A stretch of DNA of 42,210 bases from Rhodoluna sp. (GTDB lineage Bacteria; Actinomycetota; Actinomycetes; Actinomycetales; Microbacteriaceae), in the NCBI GenBank assembly GCA_044345975.1, contig JBIJAB010000001.1, forward strand, positions 1 through 42,210, in the 5' to 3' direction. Numbering within the stretch: position 1 is the stretch's first letter; the number at the start of each line of letters is the position of its first letter. The notes under the pieces were generated by a model. It did no database searches. It was not told the origin of the DNA and was given only the letters and a program-made list of their open reading frames with translations. A program made the position numbers and the translations under genes. Below are positions 17,736 to 27,049 of this stretch, in pieces.

Positions 17736-19369
17736 GTATTGTTCGCTCCTCTTTGATCATGGCGAGTGGAACTGTGTTCTCTAGATTCTTGGGAATCCTT
17801 CGAGCAATTCTGTTAGCCGCAATGATCGGTGTCACTACCAACGCTGCTGATGCTTTCGGAGTCGCTAATCAATTACCAAACAGCATTTACGCAATCATCG
17901 CCGGTGGTGTCCTAAACGCTGTTCTGGTTCCACAGATTGTTAGAGCTAGAGCTCACCTCGATGGTGGCAAGGCATACATTGATCGATTGCTTACTCTTGC
18001 CATAGTTACCTTCGGTTCAATCACGATTATTACAACCGTCAGTGCTCCACTACTTGTTTCTTTATACACAAGTGGTTGGGAAGCTGATCAGTTAGCTTTG
18101 GCAACTGCTTTTGCGTACTGGTGTTTGCCTCAGTTGTTCTTCTATGGTCTTTACTCTCTGCTTGGTGAGGTGCTAAACGCTAAGAGCAAGTTCGGGCCTT
18201 ACATGTGGGCACCTGTTCTAAACAACATTGTGGCGATTGTCGGTATGGGTGCATTCATCTGGCAGTTCGGATTAGACCCAACAGGTCAACAGAGCGTTGC
18301 TGATTGGACACAGGCGCAGATTGCTTGGCTAGCTGGTTCAGCAACTATGGGAGTTGCATCTCAAGCACTAATTCTTTTTGTGTTCTGGAAGAAGATGGGT
18401 TTGAGTTTCAAGCTCAACTTCTCTTGGCGTGGAGTTGGACTTGGTCCAGCAATGAGAACTGCTTCCTGGACATTAGGAATGTTGATTGTCACTCAGATTG
18501 GTGGCATTGTTCAAACCGCAGTTGCCTCGAGTGCTATTGAAGGTAGAGCGCTTTTAGTCGATAACTCAGTCGCTATTGCATCGGTAGCTGCAATGAGTGT
18601 TGCTTGGTTGATCTTCATGCTTCCGCATTCTGTTGCTACCGTTTCTATCGCAACCGCATACTTCACCAGAATGTCTATCCACGCCATGGAGAAGAAGTTT
18701 GAGGAACTAAAGAAAGATCTAGTTGATGGTCTTCGAACCATTGCCATGATTAGCGTCTTGGCAACAACTGCTCTGATTGTTTTGGCATATCCGGTTTCAC
18801 GTGTATTTGTAGGAGAGCTGCCAAGTGCTATTGCTTTGGGAAACGTTGTGATTGCAATGGTTGTTGGCCTCTTGCCATTTAGCTATGTCTTCATGATCCA
18901 ACGTGCTTTCTACTCTTTGGAAGATACAAGAACACCGTTTGTCTTCACTGTGATTCAAGTTGGTGTGAACATCACTGGATCTTTACTTGTAGGTCTATAT
19001 GTTGAAGACCTATGGATGGTAGTTGGGTTATCGCTTGTGACAAGTGGAAGCATCCTGGTTCAGTCAGGTCTTGCCTTCATCCTGTTCAAGAGAAAGTTCG
19101 GTGCACTAGGTCACGGCCAACTCTCAATCGCAACAGCCAAGTTTGTTGGAGCAGCTCTGGTTGCAGGTGCAGCTGGGTACGGGCTGTTGCAGGCTATGGG
19201 TGGAGTTGGAGTTGGTGCATTCCCTGTCCAAACCGTCATCTCATCCGTTCTGACCTGTCTAACTATTGGTTTTGTCATCGCCAGTGTGTACATCGCTGTT
19301 CTGAAGTTACTTAGAGTTCAAGAAGTGAACATTTTGTTAGCTCCAGTAGTTCGCCTGCTACGTCGCTAA
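17732..19369 (+). CDS. murJ: Lipid II flippase MurJ/MviN
   Basis: SRFLGILR, ANQLPN, GGVLNAVLVPQIVR, RAFYSLEDTRTPF; polytopic membrane protein. Confidence 0.95.
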   Translation: MSIVRSSLIMASGTVFSRFLGILRAILLAAMIGVTTNAADAFGVANQLPNSIYAIIAGGVLNAVLVPQIVRARAHLDGGKAYIDRLLTLAIVTFGSITIITTVSAPLLVSLYTSGWEADQLALATAFAYWCLPQLFFYGLYSLLGEVLNAKSKFGPYMWAPVLNNIVAIVGMGAFIWQFGLDPTGQQSVADWTQAQIAWLAGSATMGVASQALILFVFWKKMGLSFKLNFSWRGVGLGPAMRTASWTLGMLIVTQIGGIVQTAVASSAIEGRALLVDNSVAIASVAAMSVAWLIFMLPHSVATVSIATAYFTRMSIHAMEKKFEELKKDLVDGLRTIAMISVLATTALIVLAYPVSRVFVGELPSAIALGNVVIAMVVGLLPFSYVFMIQRAFYSLEDTRTPFVFTVIQVGVNITGSLLVGLYVEDLWMVVGLSLVTSGSILVQSGLAFILFKRKFGALGHGQLSIATAKFVGAALVAGAAGYGLLQAMGGVGVGAFPVQTVISSVLTCLTIGFVIASVYIAVLKLLRVQEVNILLAPVVRLLRR

Positions 19370-19429
19370 AGTTGCAGGGATAAACTAGCCTTACTCACTT
19401 CCCCTTTCATCAATGTTTTGGAGTATAAA

Positions 19430-20353
19430 TTGCACGAAGTAATCATCATCGGTTCTGGTCCAGCTGGATACACCGCAGGAATTTATACCGGTCGTGCTGG
19501 GTTGAATCCCCTGCTAATCGCATCTTCTGTTGAAGCTGGTGGCGAGCTAATGAAGACAACTGAGGTTGAGAACTACCCTGGTTTCCCAACTGGTCTTCAA
19601 GGTCCTGAACTTATGGATGCTTTTAGAGCTCAAGCAGAACGTTTCGGGACCGAAGTTTTGCTTGATGACGTTATTGAGGTTGATCTCAAAGGTGACGTAA
19701 AGATTGTTAAGACCGGTGGCGGAAAGACCTTTGAAGCGAAGACAGTGATTCTTGCAACAGGAGCCGCTTATCGTGAACTCGGATTGCCTAGAGAAAAAGA
19801 ACTAAGCGGTTATGGAATTTCTTGGTGTGCAACCTGCGATGGTTTCTTCTTTAGAGAAAAGGTGATCGCTGTTGTTGGTGGTGGTGACTCTGCCATGGAA
19901 GAGGCAACCTTCCTAACTCGATTCGCAAGCAAGGTGTATCTGATTCACCGTCGTGACTCATTCAAGGCTTCAAAGATTATGCAGGAGCGTGCTTTGAACA
20001 ACCCAAAGATTGAAGTTATTTGGAACACACAAGTTAGTGAGCTTCTTGGTGAAGGAAAACTTACTGGTATCAAGACAAACAACTTAGTTGATGGAACAGA
20101 GAACACACTTGAGCTAGATGGTCTTTTCATCGCGATTGGTAATGATCCTCGTGTGTGGCTGGTTGAAGATCAGGTCACCCTGACTCCTGAAAAGTTCATT
20201 CAGGTCGAAGGTCGTTCATCTAAGACGAGCTTGCCTGGAGTATTTGCTGCGGGAGATGTTATTGATCCAACCTACCGTCAGGCAATCACTGCAGCAGGTT
20301 CTGGCTGTGTCGCGGCATTAGACGCAGAACACTACCTAAGCAACCTAAAATAG
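19430..20353 (+). CDS. trxB: Thioredoxin reductase
   Basis: GSGPAG, CATCDG, GGGDSAMEEA; start TTG 19430 after GGAG RBS. Confidence 0.97.
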   Translation: MHEVIIIGSGPAGYTAGIYTGRAGLNPLLIASSVEAGGELMKTTEVENYPGFPTGLQGPELMDAFRAQAERFGTEVLLDDVIEVDLKGDVKIVKTGGGKTFEAKTVILATGAAYRELGLPREKELSGYGISWCATCDGFFFREKVIAVVGGGDSAMEEATFLTRFASKVYLIHRRDSFKASKIMQERALNNPKIEVIWNTQVSELLGEGKLTGIKTNNLVDGTENTLELDGLFIAIGNDPRVWLVEDQVTLTPEKFIQVEGRSSKTSLPGVFAAGDVIDPTYRQAITAAGSGCVAALDAEHYLSNLK

Positions 20354-20375
20354 AAGCAACTAATAAGGAGTAATC

Positions 20376-20699
20376 ATGGGAGCAAAAAACGTAACAACAG
20401 CGACTTTCCAGGCTGATGTTCTTTCATCAGAGAAGCCTGTACTTGTAGATTTCTGGGCCGAGTGGTGTGGCCCATGTCGTATGGTTTCACCAATCCTTGA
20501 TGAGATTGCTGGCGAGCACGCTGACAAGATCACCATCGTGAAGGTAAACGTTGACGAAGAGCCAGCCTTAGCTCAGCAGTACGGAATCACATCAATCCCT
20601 GCGATGCAGGTGTTCCACGGTGGGGAAGTTGTTAAGTCAATCATCGGTGCAAAGCCGAAGCCAGCTCTATTGGCAGATTTAAGCGCATTCATCAACTAA
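20376..20699 (+). CDS. trxA: Thioredoxin
   Basis: WAEWCGPC; AAGGAG RBS. Confidence 0.98.
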   Translation: MGAKNVTTATFQADVLSSEKPVLVDFWAEWCGPCRMVSPILDEIAGEHADKITIVKVNVDEEPALAQQYGITSIPAMQVFHGGEVVKSIIGAKPKPALLADLSAFIN

Positions 20700-20713
20700 G
20701 TTAGTTCTAAGTT

Positions 20714-20750
20714 AAACGGCTACGGTGCCTATGCACCGTGGTCGTTTTTC
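20714..20750 (+). terminator. Intrinsic terminator after trxA
   Basis: AAACGGCTACGGTGC-ctat-GCACCGTGGTCGTTT (G-U pairs) followed by T-run. Confidence 0.8.
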
Positions 20751-20792
20751 GTTTAAGTACCTCGTGTTTCACGATTAACGAAGAAGGCAACA

Positions 20793-22007
20793 ATGGCTAA
20801 AGATTTATGGTCCGACAGATATGCATCCCGAGCTAATGGATTATCAGCATCAGAAGTACGAGCCTTATTCGCTGTCGTATCTAGACCAGAAGTTGTTTCG
20901 CTTGCAGGTGGTATGCCTTTCGTTCCAGCTCTGCCAAAGGAACGGATGATTGAAAGCTTTAAGTCCCTCATGTCAGACAGATCCGCTGTTGCTTTGCAAT
21001 ACTCGGGAGGTCAGGGTGATCCTAAACTCCGTGAACACATTCAGGAGATTATGGCTCTTGAGGGAATCAAGAGCGACATCGACAACATTGTTGTCACAAC
21101 TGGTTCCCAGCATGGGCTTGATTTGGTTGCTTCGCTATTTCTTGATCCTGGAGATGTGGTTCTTGCTGAGGGTCCAAGTTATGTTGGAGCACTGGGTGTT
21201 TTCAGAGCGAGACAAGCCCACATCGAGCACGTGTTCACAGATGACAAAGGCATCTCCCCCGAAGCTTTGTCACAAACCATTAAACGAGTTCAAGCCGCTG
21301 GTAAAAATATTAAGTTCTTGTATTTGGTCCCCAACTTTGCAAACCCAAGTGGTGTGACTTTAGCCGATGAAAGAAGAGGGCAAATCTTAGAAATTTGTCG
21401 CAAACATCGCATCTTGGTTTTGGAAGACAACGTTTATGGGCTTCTCTACTTTGACGAAAAGGCTCCTGATGCATTGAGGTCTCTAGATGAAGATGGGGTT
21501 ATCTACTTAGGTTCCTTCTCAAAGATTCTGGTTCCTGGCTTCAGAGTTGGCTACGTACTGGCACCTCCATCAATCAAGGACAAACTGGTCCTTGCTAATG
21601 AGTCAGCTGTGCTTTGCCCGAGTGCCTTTTCACAAATGATGATTAGTGAATATCTCAGCACTAATGACTGGAAAGCTCAGATAGCTGTGTTCCGAAACGA
21701 ATACAAGCTCAGAAGAGATTCGGCACTGTCTGCGATGTCTGAGTATCTACCAAATCTCAAGACAACTAAACCAGGTGGAGGCTTCTACCTTTGGGTTGAT
21801 CTTCCTCAAGGGGTTGATTCCAAGAAAATGCTGCCGAAAGCTGTTGAGAACCTGGTTGCCTACACACCTGGAACTGCCTTTTACGGAAATGGAACTGGTC
21901 AAGAGTTTTTGAGAGTCTCTTATTCTTACCCAACACCTGAAAACATCAAAGTTGGTGTTGAGAGATTAGCAAAAACAATCTCTGCTGAACTAAGTCGGGT
22001 TGAGTAG
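20793..22007 (+). CDS. PLP-dependent class I/II aminotransferase (LysN/MocR-like)
   Basis: SLAGGMP, PNFANPSG, EDNVY, GSFSKILVPGFRVG. Confidence 0.92.
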   Translation: MAKDLWSDRYASRANGLSASEVRALFAVVSRPEVVSLAGGMPFVPALPKERMIESFKSLMSDRSAVALQYSGGQGDPKLREHIQEIMALEGIKSDIDNIVVTTGSQHGLDLVASLFLDPGDVVLAEGPSYVGALGVFRARQAHIEHVFTDDKGISPEALSQTIKRVQAAGKNIKFLYLVPNFANPSGVTLADERRGQILEICRKHRILVLEDNVYGLLYFDEKAPDALRSLDEDGVIYLGSFSKILVPGFRVGYVLAPPSIKDKLVLANESAVLCPSAFSQMMISEYLSTNDWKAQIAVFRNEYKLRRDSALSAMSEYLPNLKTTKPGGGFYLWVDLPQGVDSKKMLPKAVENLVAYTPGTAFYGNGTGQEFLRVSYSYPTPENIKVGVERLAKTISAELSRVE

Positions 22008-22011
22008 CCAG

Positions 22012-22094
22012 TTATCCACAGCCTTAACGGGTGAAACTGTGGAAAACTTTGTGGATAACCCTGTGGAAAACCTTGTTTATAAAGTTGTGGATAA
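22012..22094. repeat. Array of DnaA boxes with a 12-bp period in a convergent intergenic gap
   Basis: TTATCCACA at 22012, then TGTGGAAAA 22038, TGTGGATAA 22050, TGTGGAAAA 22062, TGTTTATAA 22074, TGTGGATAA 22086. Confidence 0.88.
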
Positions 22095-22096
22095 CT

Positions 22097-23053
22097 TTAG
22101 AACTTGGTTTCTTGTCCTAGCTCGGTCAAGATTCTCTTCATGTCGTCAACGCTGGCAAAGTCGATCTCAATTGTGCCTTTGCGAAGACCCAGTTTGATTC
22201 GAACAGATGTGTTCAACTTGTCAGACAGGGTTTCGGCTAGTGTCTTGAGGGCTTGCTGCTTACTTCCAGGTCTTATTTTTGCTTTTTGTCCTGGCTTCTT
22301 AACCAGTTCCTCAGTGGCACGAACAGATAGGCCTAGATTAACAACCTTGTTAGCTAGTTCTACCATTCGCTCTGGATCATCGACTGACAAAATGGCTCTG
22401 GCATGACCTGCACTCAAAACACCTGCGGCAACTTTTGACTGGAGAGCTGTAGGAAGCCTCAGGAGCCTCAATGTGTTGGTTATTTGTGGACGGGACCTGG
22501 ACAATTTCTCAGCCAACTGATCCTGAGTGCACCCATATTCTTCAAGAAGCTGTTGATAAGCACTCGCTTCTTCAATTGCGTTTAGATCACTGCGGTGGAG
22601 GTTTTCAAGAAGAGCGTCTCTAAGCATATTCTCGTCGCCAGTTTCACGAATAACTGCAGGGATCTGGGTTAAACCTGCAGCCTTAGAAGCTCTTAGGCGA
22701 CGTTCGCCCATAATCAGTTCATACTTATTGATGCCATTCTGTTTACCAAGTGAACGAACCGAGATTGGCTGGAGAACTCCAAACTCACTGATGCTGCCAA
22801 CTAGCTCTGCGAAGTCATCTGGATCAAAGTTGCTTCTAGGTTGCTTTGCGTTTGGTGTGATGTCGTCGATGTTTAGGTAGCCAAATGTAGCTCCAGGAAC
22901 TGGAACTAAATCAACTGGAGCATTTGTAGATCCACCGAAGAACACGCTGATGGGATTACCGTCAACTGGTCTCTCCATACGATCTGCTGCGTTAGCAACT
23001 TCTGGAATCAGGGCTCCAATTCCCCTACCTAGTCCGCCTTTTTTCTCAGCCAT
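22097..23053 (-). CDS. parB: Chromosome partitioning protein ParB
   Basis: GLGRGIGAL N-terminus, GERRLRA CTPase motif, LLENLHR, HTH SRPQITNTLRLL. Confidence 0.97.
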   Translation of the reverse strand: MAEKKGGLGRGIGALIPEVANAADRMERPVDGNPISVFFGGSTNAPVDLVPVPGATFGYLNIDDITPNAKQPRSNFDPDDFAELVGSISEFGVLQPISVRSLGKQNGINKYELIMGERRLRASKAAGLTQIPAVIRETGDENMLRDALLENLHRSDLNAIEEASAYQQLLEEYGCTQDQLAEKLSRSRPQITNTLRLLRLPTALQSKVAAGVLSAGHARAILSVDDPERMVELANKVVNLGLSVRATEELVKKPGQKAKIRPGSKQQALKTLAETLSDKLNTSVRIKLGLRKGTIEIDFASVDDMKRILTELGQETKF

Positions 23054-23957
23054 TTGTTGCTCCTCTGCTTGCTATCTCCAGGGCAGCTTCCATGTATGAA
23101 ATGGCTCCATTTGAGCTGCGGTCGTAGTTAATTACTGTTTGACCGTAGCTAGGTGCTTCGGCTACGCCAATCTGTCGGGGAATAAGGGTTTGCAAGGTCT
23201 GTGTTGGGAAGTGTGTTCGAACATCATCCACAACTGCCTGGTTCAACTTGGTTCTAGAGTCATACATGGTCAACAAGATAGTTGAGAGGGCAAGATTAGG
23301 GTTCAAAGCCCCTCGAATCATGTCGATGCTTCTCTTTAGTTGACTCAGCCCCTCGAGAGCGTAGTATTCGCATTGAATAGGAATTAGCACCTCTGTAGCG
23401 GCCGTGAAGGCATTAACTGTTAGTAGCCCGAGGCTCGGAGGGCAGTCAATAAAAACGTAGTCAGGCTTCACGGTTGTAGTTGACATGTATTCAGCCAATG
23501 CGTTTCGGAGCCTGAATTCACGAGCTAAGAGCGAAACTAGGTCTAGTTCAGCTGTGGCTAAATCGATAGTTGCTGGCACACAGCGAACTCTTGGAGACTC
23601 TGGGCTGACCTGAACAACCTCGGAAAGAAGCATGTCCGAAGTCATGACTTCATATATTGATTTGACGCCGATTCTGTGCTCAATACCTAGTGCTGTGGAC
23701 GCATTTCCTTGTGGATCTAGGTCGATTACGAGAACTTCCATGCCCTTTTCAGCTAGGGCCACCGCTAGGTTTACGGCTGTGGTTGTCTTTCCCACACCAC
23801 CCTTTTGGTTAGAAACAGTGATGATTCGGGTTGATTCTGGTCGAGATATGACAGCATTTCTAACATTAGACATGCGTCTAGTGTTATCGCTGATTTCTTG
23901 AGCGAGTGGTGCGTCTTTAAAGCCGCCTGCTAGGCCGAATTCATCTGGATGTTTCAC
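23046..23957 (-). CDS. parA: Chromosome partitioning ATPase ParA (start uncertain; GTG 23957 lies inside parS)
   Basis: NQKGGVGKTTT, DLDPQGNAS, IDCPPSLG, QCEYYALEG. Confidence 0.95.
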   Translation of the reverse strand: MKHPDEFGLAGGFKDAPLAQEISDNTRRMSNVRNAVISRPESTRIITVSNQKGGVGKTTTAVNLAVALAEKGMEVLVIDLDPQGNASTALGIEHRIGVKSIYEVMTSDMLLSEVVQVSPESPRVRCVPATIDLATAELDLVSLLAREFRLRNALAEYMSTTTVKPDYVFIDCPPSLGLLTVNAFTAATEVLIPIQCEYYALEGLSQLKRSIDMIRGALNPNLALSTILLTMYDSRTKLNQAVVDDVRTHFPTQTLQTLIPRQIGVAEAPSYGQTVINYDRSSNGAISYMEAALEIASRGATNG

Positions 23958-24138
23958 GTGAAACCTGCTTCTCAATCATGGTTATTTCTTCGGAATTTGC
24001 CTGCCAACCCACTGGATCTGGGCTGACCTCTTCTCTACCGTTAGGGTATCCGAGGCCCCTGACAACTGTCTTTTTTGATACAGAGGTGTTTTCAGCTTCG
24101 ATATTTGAAGCCTCATTCGAGTGGTTTTCTTGACTCAA
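23941..24138 (-). CDS. 65-aa acidic ORF upstream of parA; resembles a detached ParA N-terminal extension
   Basis: GGGAG RBS 5 nt before TTG; fills the rsmG-parA gap; ends VSRETSR. Confidence 0.5.
   Translation of the reverse strand: MSQENHSNEASNIEAENTSVSKKTVVRGLGYPNGREEVSPDPVGWQANSEEITMIEKQVSRETSR
23951..23964. promoter_or_regulatory. parS centromere site
   Basis: Perfect palindrome GTTTCACGTGAAAC. Confidence 0.92.
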
Positions 24139-24159
24139 AACTTCTCCCTGTCCAAGTTC

Positions 24160-24813
24160 CTAGAGTAGCCTAACCCGAACCACTGTGGTTGGGTCAGACA
24201 GAATATTTTGCCCAACTGTGACAATTTCGAAGGACTCGAGCTTCAGTTTCTTAGCTAAAGGCTTGGAATCGTCAATCTCTTCCTGAGCCTTAGACCCCTT
24301 CATTGCAAGAACTTGACCGCCCTGGACAGTCAGAGGAACCAACATTCTCAGCAACTTCGGAAGGGCAGAAACCGCTCTAGCCGTAACCACATCGTAGTTT
24401 CGAAGTGGTGCTTCTTCAGCCCTACCTCGCAGGACTTTTACGTTCTTTAGATCTAGTTCAGGAACCACTACTTCAGCTAGCCAATTGGCACGCCTCTCCA
24501 TGGGTTCGATAAGCACGAATCGCACCTCAGGTCTCAGGATGGCCATCGGTATGCCTGGGAATCCTGCACCGGAACCAACGTCTGCAACGAGCTGCCCGTC
24601 ATCAACTAGGTCTGCCACTACGGCTGAATTGAGGATGTGCCTTGACCAAAGTTTCGGCAATTCTCTAGGTCCAATTAGGCCTAGTAGGTCTCCGTCTCTA
24701 ACCAACAACTTGAAGTATTTGCGAGCCTTTTCGATGTGATTACCGTAGACCTTTAGGGCCTCTTCGGGCTCTGCCTCAGGGGTGTAATCGATGTTTTCTT
24801 CGCGAATGTTCAT
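24160..24813 (-). CDS. rsmG: 16S rRNA m7G527 methyltransferase
   Basis: GLIGPRE, RHILNS, DVGSGAGFPGI, TARAV; likely ATG 24813. Confidence 0.96.
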   Translation of the reverse strand: MNIREENIDYTPEAEPEEALKVYGNHIEKARKYFKLLVRDGDLLGLIGPRELPKLWSRHILNSAVVADLVDDGQLVADVGSGAGFPGIPMAILRPEVRFVLIEPMERRANWLAEVVVPELDLKNVKVLRGRAEEAPLRNYDVVTARAVSALPKLLRMLVPLTVQGGQVLAMKGSKAQEEIDDSKPLAKKLKLESFEIVTVGQNILSDPTTVVRVRLL

Positions 24814-24840
24814 GGCTGAATCCAATCTACAACGATAAAC

Positions 24841-24867
24841 AAAAAGCCAGGACCTCAGCCCTGGCTA
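24841..24867 (-). terminator. Intrinsic terminator after jag
   Basis: Minus strand AGCCAGG-gctgaggt-CCTGGCT followed by T-run. Confidence 0.7.
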
Positions 24868-24870
24868 AAT

Positions 24871-24884
24871 GTTTCACGTGAAAC
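24871..24884. promoter_or_regulatory. parS centromere site
   Basis: Perfect palindrome GTTTCACGTGAAAC abutting the jag stop. Confidence 0.92.
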
Positions 24885-25414
24885 TATTCGGCAGGTTTCG
24901 CCACGATGTGGCGTTCCTTGCCCTCTCCTTCAGACTGGGAAATGAGCCCAGCCTCAGCGATCAAATCGTGAGAAATCTTGCGATCGTAAGAGCTCATTGG
25001 CTTTAGGGCAACAGGGGCATTGGTGTCTTTAACCTTGTCGATTGCTTTGTTTACCAACTTGGTGAGAGCGTCTAAACGTACCTGTCTTGACCCAGCAATA
25101 TCGATGATTAGCCTGCTGAAAGACTGTGTCTTGGTTTGGACAGCGATACGAGTTAGCTCCTGAAGTGCCTCTACTGTGTCTGGGTGAGAGACCAGTCTGA
25201 GGTTGCTCTGCTCGTCTGCAGTTACTTCCAAATAGGCTCTTCCTTGTCTTACGTCGATGTTGATGTCGCCATCCAGATCGAAGATATCAAGCAGTTCTTC
25301 TAGATAATCGGCAGCTACTTCACCTTCTTCTTCTAGGTCCTTTATTGATGTTTTTGACTCTGAAGACTCAGTGACTTGCTCTTCATTTTCCGGGGTTTCA
25401 ATCTGATCTGACAT
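24884..25414 (-). CDS. jag: Jag/KhpB-family KH-R3H RNA-binding protein
   Basis: EGEVAADYLEELLDI, ALQELTR, R3H motif DRKISHD, SEGEG. Confidence 0.92.
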   Translation of the reverse strand: MSDQIETPENEEQVTESSESKTSIKDLEEEGEVAADYLEELLDIFDLDGDINIDVRQGRAYLEVTADEQSNLRLVSHPDTVEALQELTRIAVQTKTQSFSRLIIDIAGSRQVRLDALTKLVNKAIDKVKDTNAPVALKPMSSYDRKISHDLIAEAGLISQSEGEGKERHIVAKPAE

Positions 25415-25419
25415 ATGTC

Positions 25420-26358
25420 CTACTTCTTGCCGTTCGGCTTCTTCTTGGCTCTGGCCTTAGATACTGGCTGAACGCGCTGGGCTGGTTTTGATTCTTCAAC
25501 TTCTTCAACAGGGGCTTCCTTGGTTAGCTTGCCCTTCTTGATTAGCTTGGCTTCTCTCTCATTGAATGCGATTGAGCCAGGGGTAGGCATACGCTTGATG
25601 ACAACGTACTGCTGCCCCATGGTCCAGAAGTTAGACACTAGCCAGTAGATCAATACACCTAGTGGGAATGAAATACCTGAGATTAGGAAGATAACTGGGA
25701 ACGCGTAGAGCATGATCTTCTGGGTCTGAGCGAACTGTGAGTACTGGGTCTCAGGGTTCATGTTCTTAGCCATGATCTGCTTCTGGGTGATGAACTGAGA
25801 TCCAGTCATGAGCACGATCATCACGGCTGCGATAATCTGCACAGAGGTGCTGGTCGCTGTCAAGAAGGTTTCTGAGAGGCTAGCTCCTAGAAACTTTGAG
25901 CGAGAGAATGAGTCTGCTAAATCCTGAGTTAGAAAACCAACTCCAGGCTTCTTAGCTTGGGCATCCTGGAGGGTGATGAACAGGGAGAAAAACACTGGCA
26001 TCTGAGCAATAAGAGGCAGACATGAAGCGAACGGGCTTGAGCCATGCTTCTTGTAGAGAGCCATCTGCTCTTTTGCCATCTTTTCGCGAGAATCGCGGTC
26101 AGTCTTGCCCTTGTACTTCTTCTGAATTTTCTGAAGGTCAGGCTGCAGAACATACATTGCTCGCTGAGATCTAATCTGCTTTACAAACAGGGGAATCAGA
26201 GCCGCTCGAACAACTAGAACCAAACCTACGATTGACAACACCCAGGAGACACCTGAATCAGGCTGAATCCCGAAGGTTGTGAATACGTTGTGGAAGGTTA
26301 TGAGGATTGCTTCAATAACCCATCTAAAAGGCCAGAGGATGGCCGCGAAAATATCCAT
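25420..26358 (-). CDS. yidC: Membrane protein insertase YidC
   Basis: LIPLFVKQIRSQ, SCLPLIAQMPVF, YWLVSNFWTMGQQ. Confidence 0.96.
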   Translation of the reverse strand: MDIFAAILWPFRWVIEAILITFHNVFTTFGIQPDSGVSWVLSIVGLVLVVRAALIPLFVKQIRSQRAMYVLQPDLQKIQKKYKGKTDRDSREKMAKEQMALYKKHGSSPFASCLPLIAQMPVFFSLFITLQDAQAKKPGVGFLTQDLADSFSRSKFLGASLSETFLTATSTSVQIIAAVMIVLMTGSQFITQKQIMAKNMNPETQYSQFAQTQKIMLYAFPVIFLISGISFPLGVLIYWLVSNFWTMGQQYVVIKRMPTPGSIAFNEREAKLIKKGKLTKEAPVEEVEESKPAQRVQPVSKARAKKKPNGKK

Positions 26359-26682
26359 TTATTTATCCTTTTCTAGAGACACAGCCGTTGACTGTGCAAA
26401 TACAAAACCATGTTTGGTCAAGTTCAGCCACGCAGGGCCTTCCTTAACTTCGTCAATGCCACCCTTAGCAAATGGGTTGCAACGCATGATCCGCCAAGTG
26501 GTCAAAACTGTTCCTTTGACAAATCCTTGCTGTTGTATAGAGCCTAAACCGTAAGCCGAACAGGATGGGTAGAAACGGCAAACTTCACCATAAAGAGGAG
26601 AAATGATCTTTCTCCACGCAACGATGAAAGCTATAAAAGCGTTCCTTGGAATAAACCAGATGTTGAGCAGGAATGACTTCAT
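26359..26682 (-). CDS. yidD: Membrane protein insertion efficiency factor
   Basis: ISPLYGEVCRFYPSCSAY, RCNPFAKGG. Confidence 0.95.
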   Translation of the reverse strand: MKSFLLNIWFIPRNAFIAFIVAWRKIISPLYGEVCRFYPSCSAYGLGSIQQQGFVKGTVLTTWRIMRCNPFAKGGIDEVKEGPAWLNLTKHGFVFAQSTAVSLEKDK

Positions 26683-26686
26683 TTGT

Positions 26687-27043
26687 TTACCTAGTTAACG
26701 AATCTGACTTCGAGCTTGCTTGCTTGAGGCACCAATCTAGTTGCTCCCCTAGTTCTACCCAGGACAGTTTGGTCACAGATGGTAGGGCTCTGATAACTAG
26801 TGTTTGACCATCCTGGAACTGAACAAGTCGATCTCTGACAGCTGAGCGGAGCCTTCGTTTCACGAGATTTCTTTCAACAGCTGAGCCCACTGACTTGGAT
26901 ACGACAAAACCAAATTTTGGTTGGGTTAGATTTGAATCAATTTTCAAATAGGTCACCATGCTGTCAGAAACGGTCTTGCGACCTGTTCTCATGGTTGATC
27001 GAAAATCCTCGGCTGTTCTGAGCCGGTTCTCTCGAGCCAGCAA
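26687..27043 (-). CDS. rnpA: RNase P protein component
   Basis: GFVVSKSVGSAVERNLVKRRLR. Confidence 0.96.
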   Translation of the reverse strand: MLARENRLRTAEDFRSTMRTGRKTVSDSMVTYLKIDSNLTQPKFGFVVSKSVGSAVERNLVKRRLRSAVRDRLVQFQDGQTLVIRALPSVTKLSWVELGEQLDWCLKQASSKSDSLTR

Positions 27044-27049
27044 AAGAAT

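Noticed and set aside
19370-19429. SigH/SigR promoter for trxB
   Set aside because: GGGATA is present but there is no GTT at the expected spacing
22038-22094. Possible CRISPR or minisatellite
   Set aside because: Unit is 12 bp with no spacers and matches DnaA boxes; no cas genes in the window
22000-22197. 65-aa ORF with VENFVDNPVENL repeats
   Set aside because: The repeats are simply the translation of the 12-bp DnaA-box array; the ORF overlaps parB antisense
23958-23975. ParA start at TTG 23975 (MRSRFHVKH)
   Set aside because: No convincing SD; FHVKH is just parS translated, so this start is probably an ORF-caller artefact
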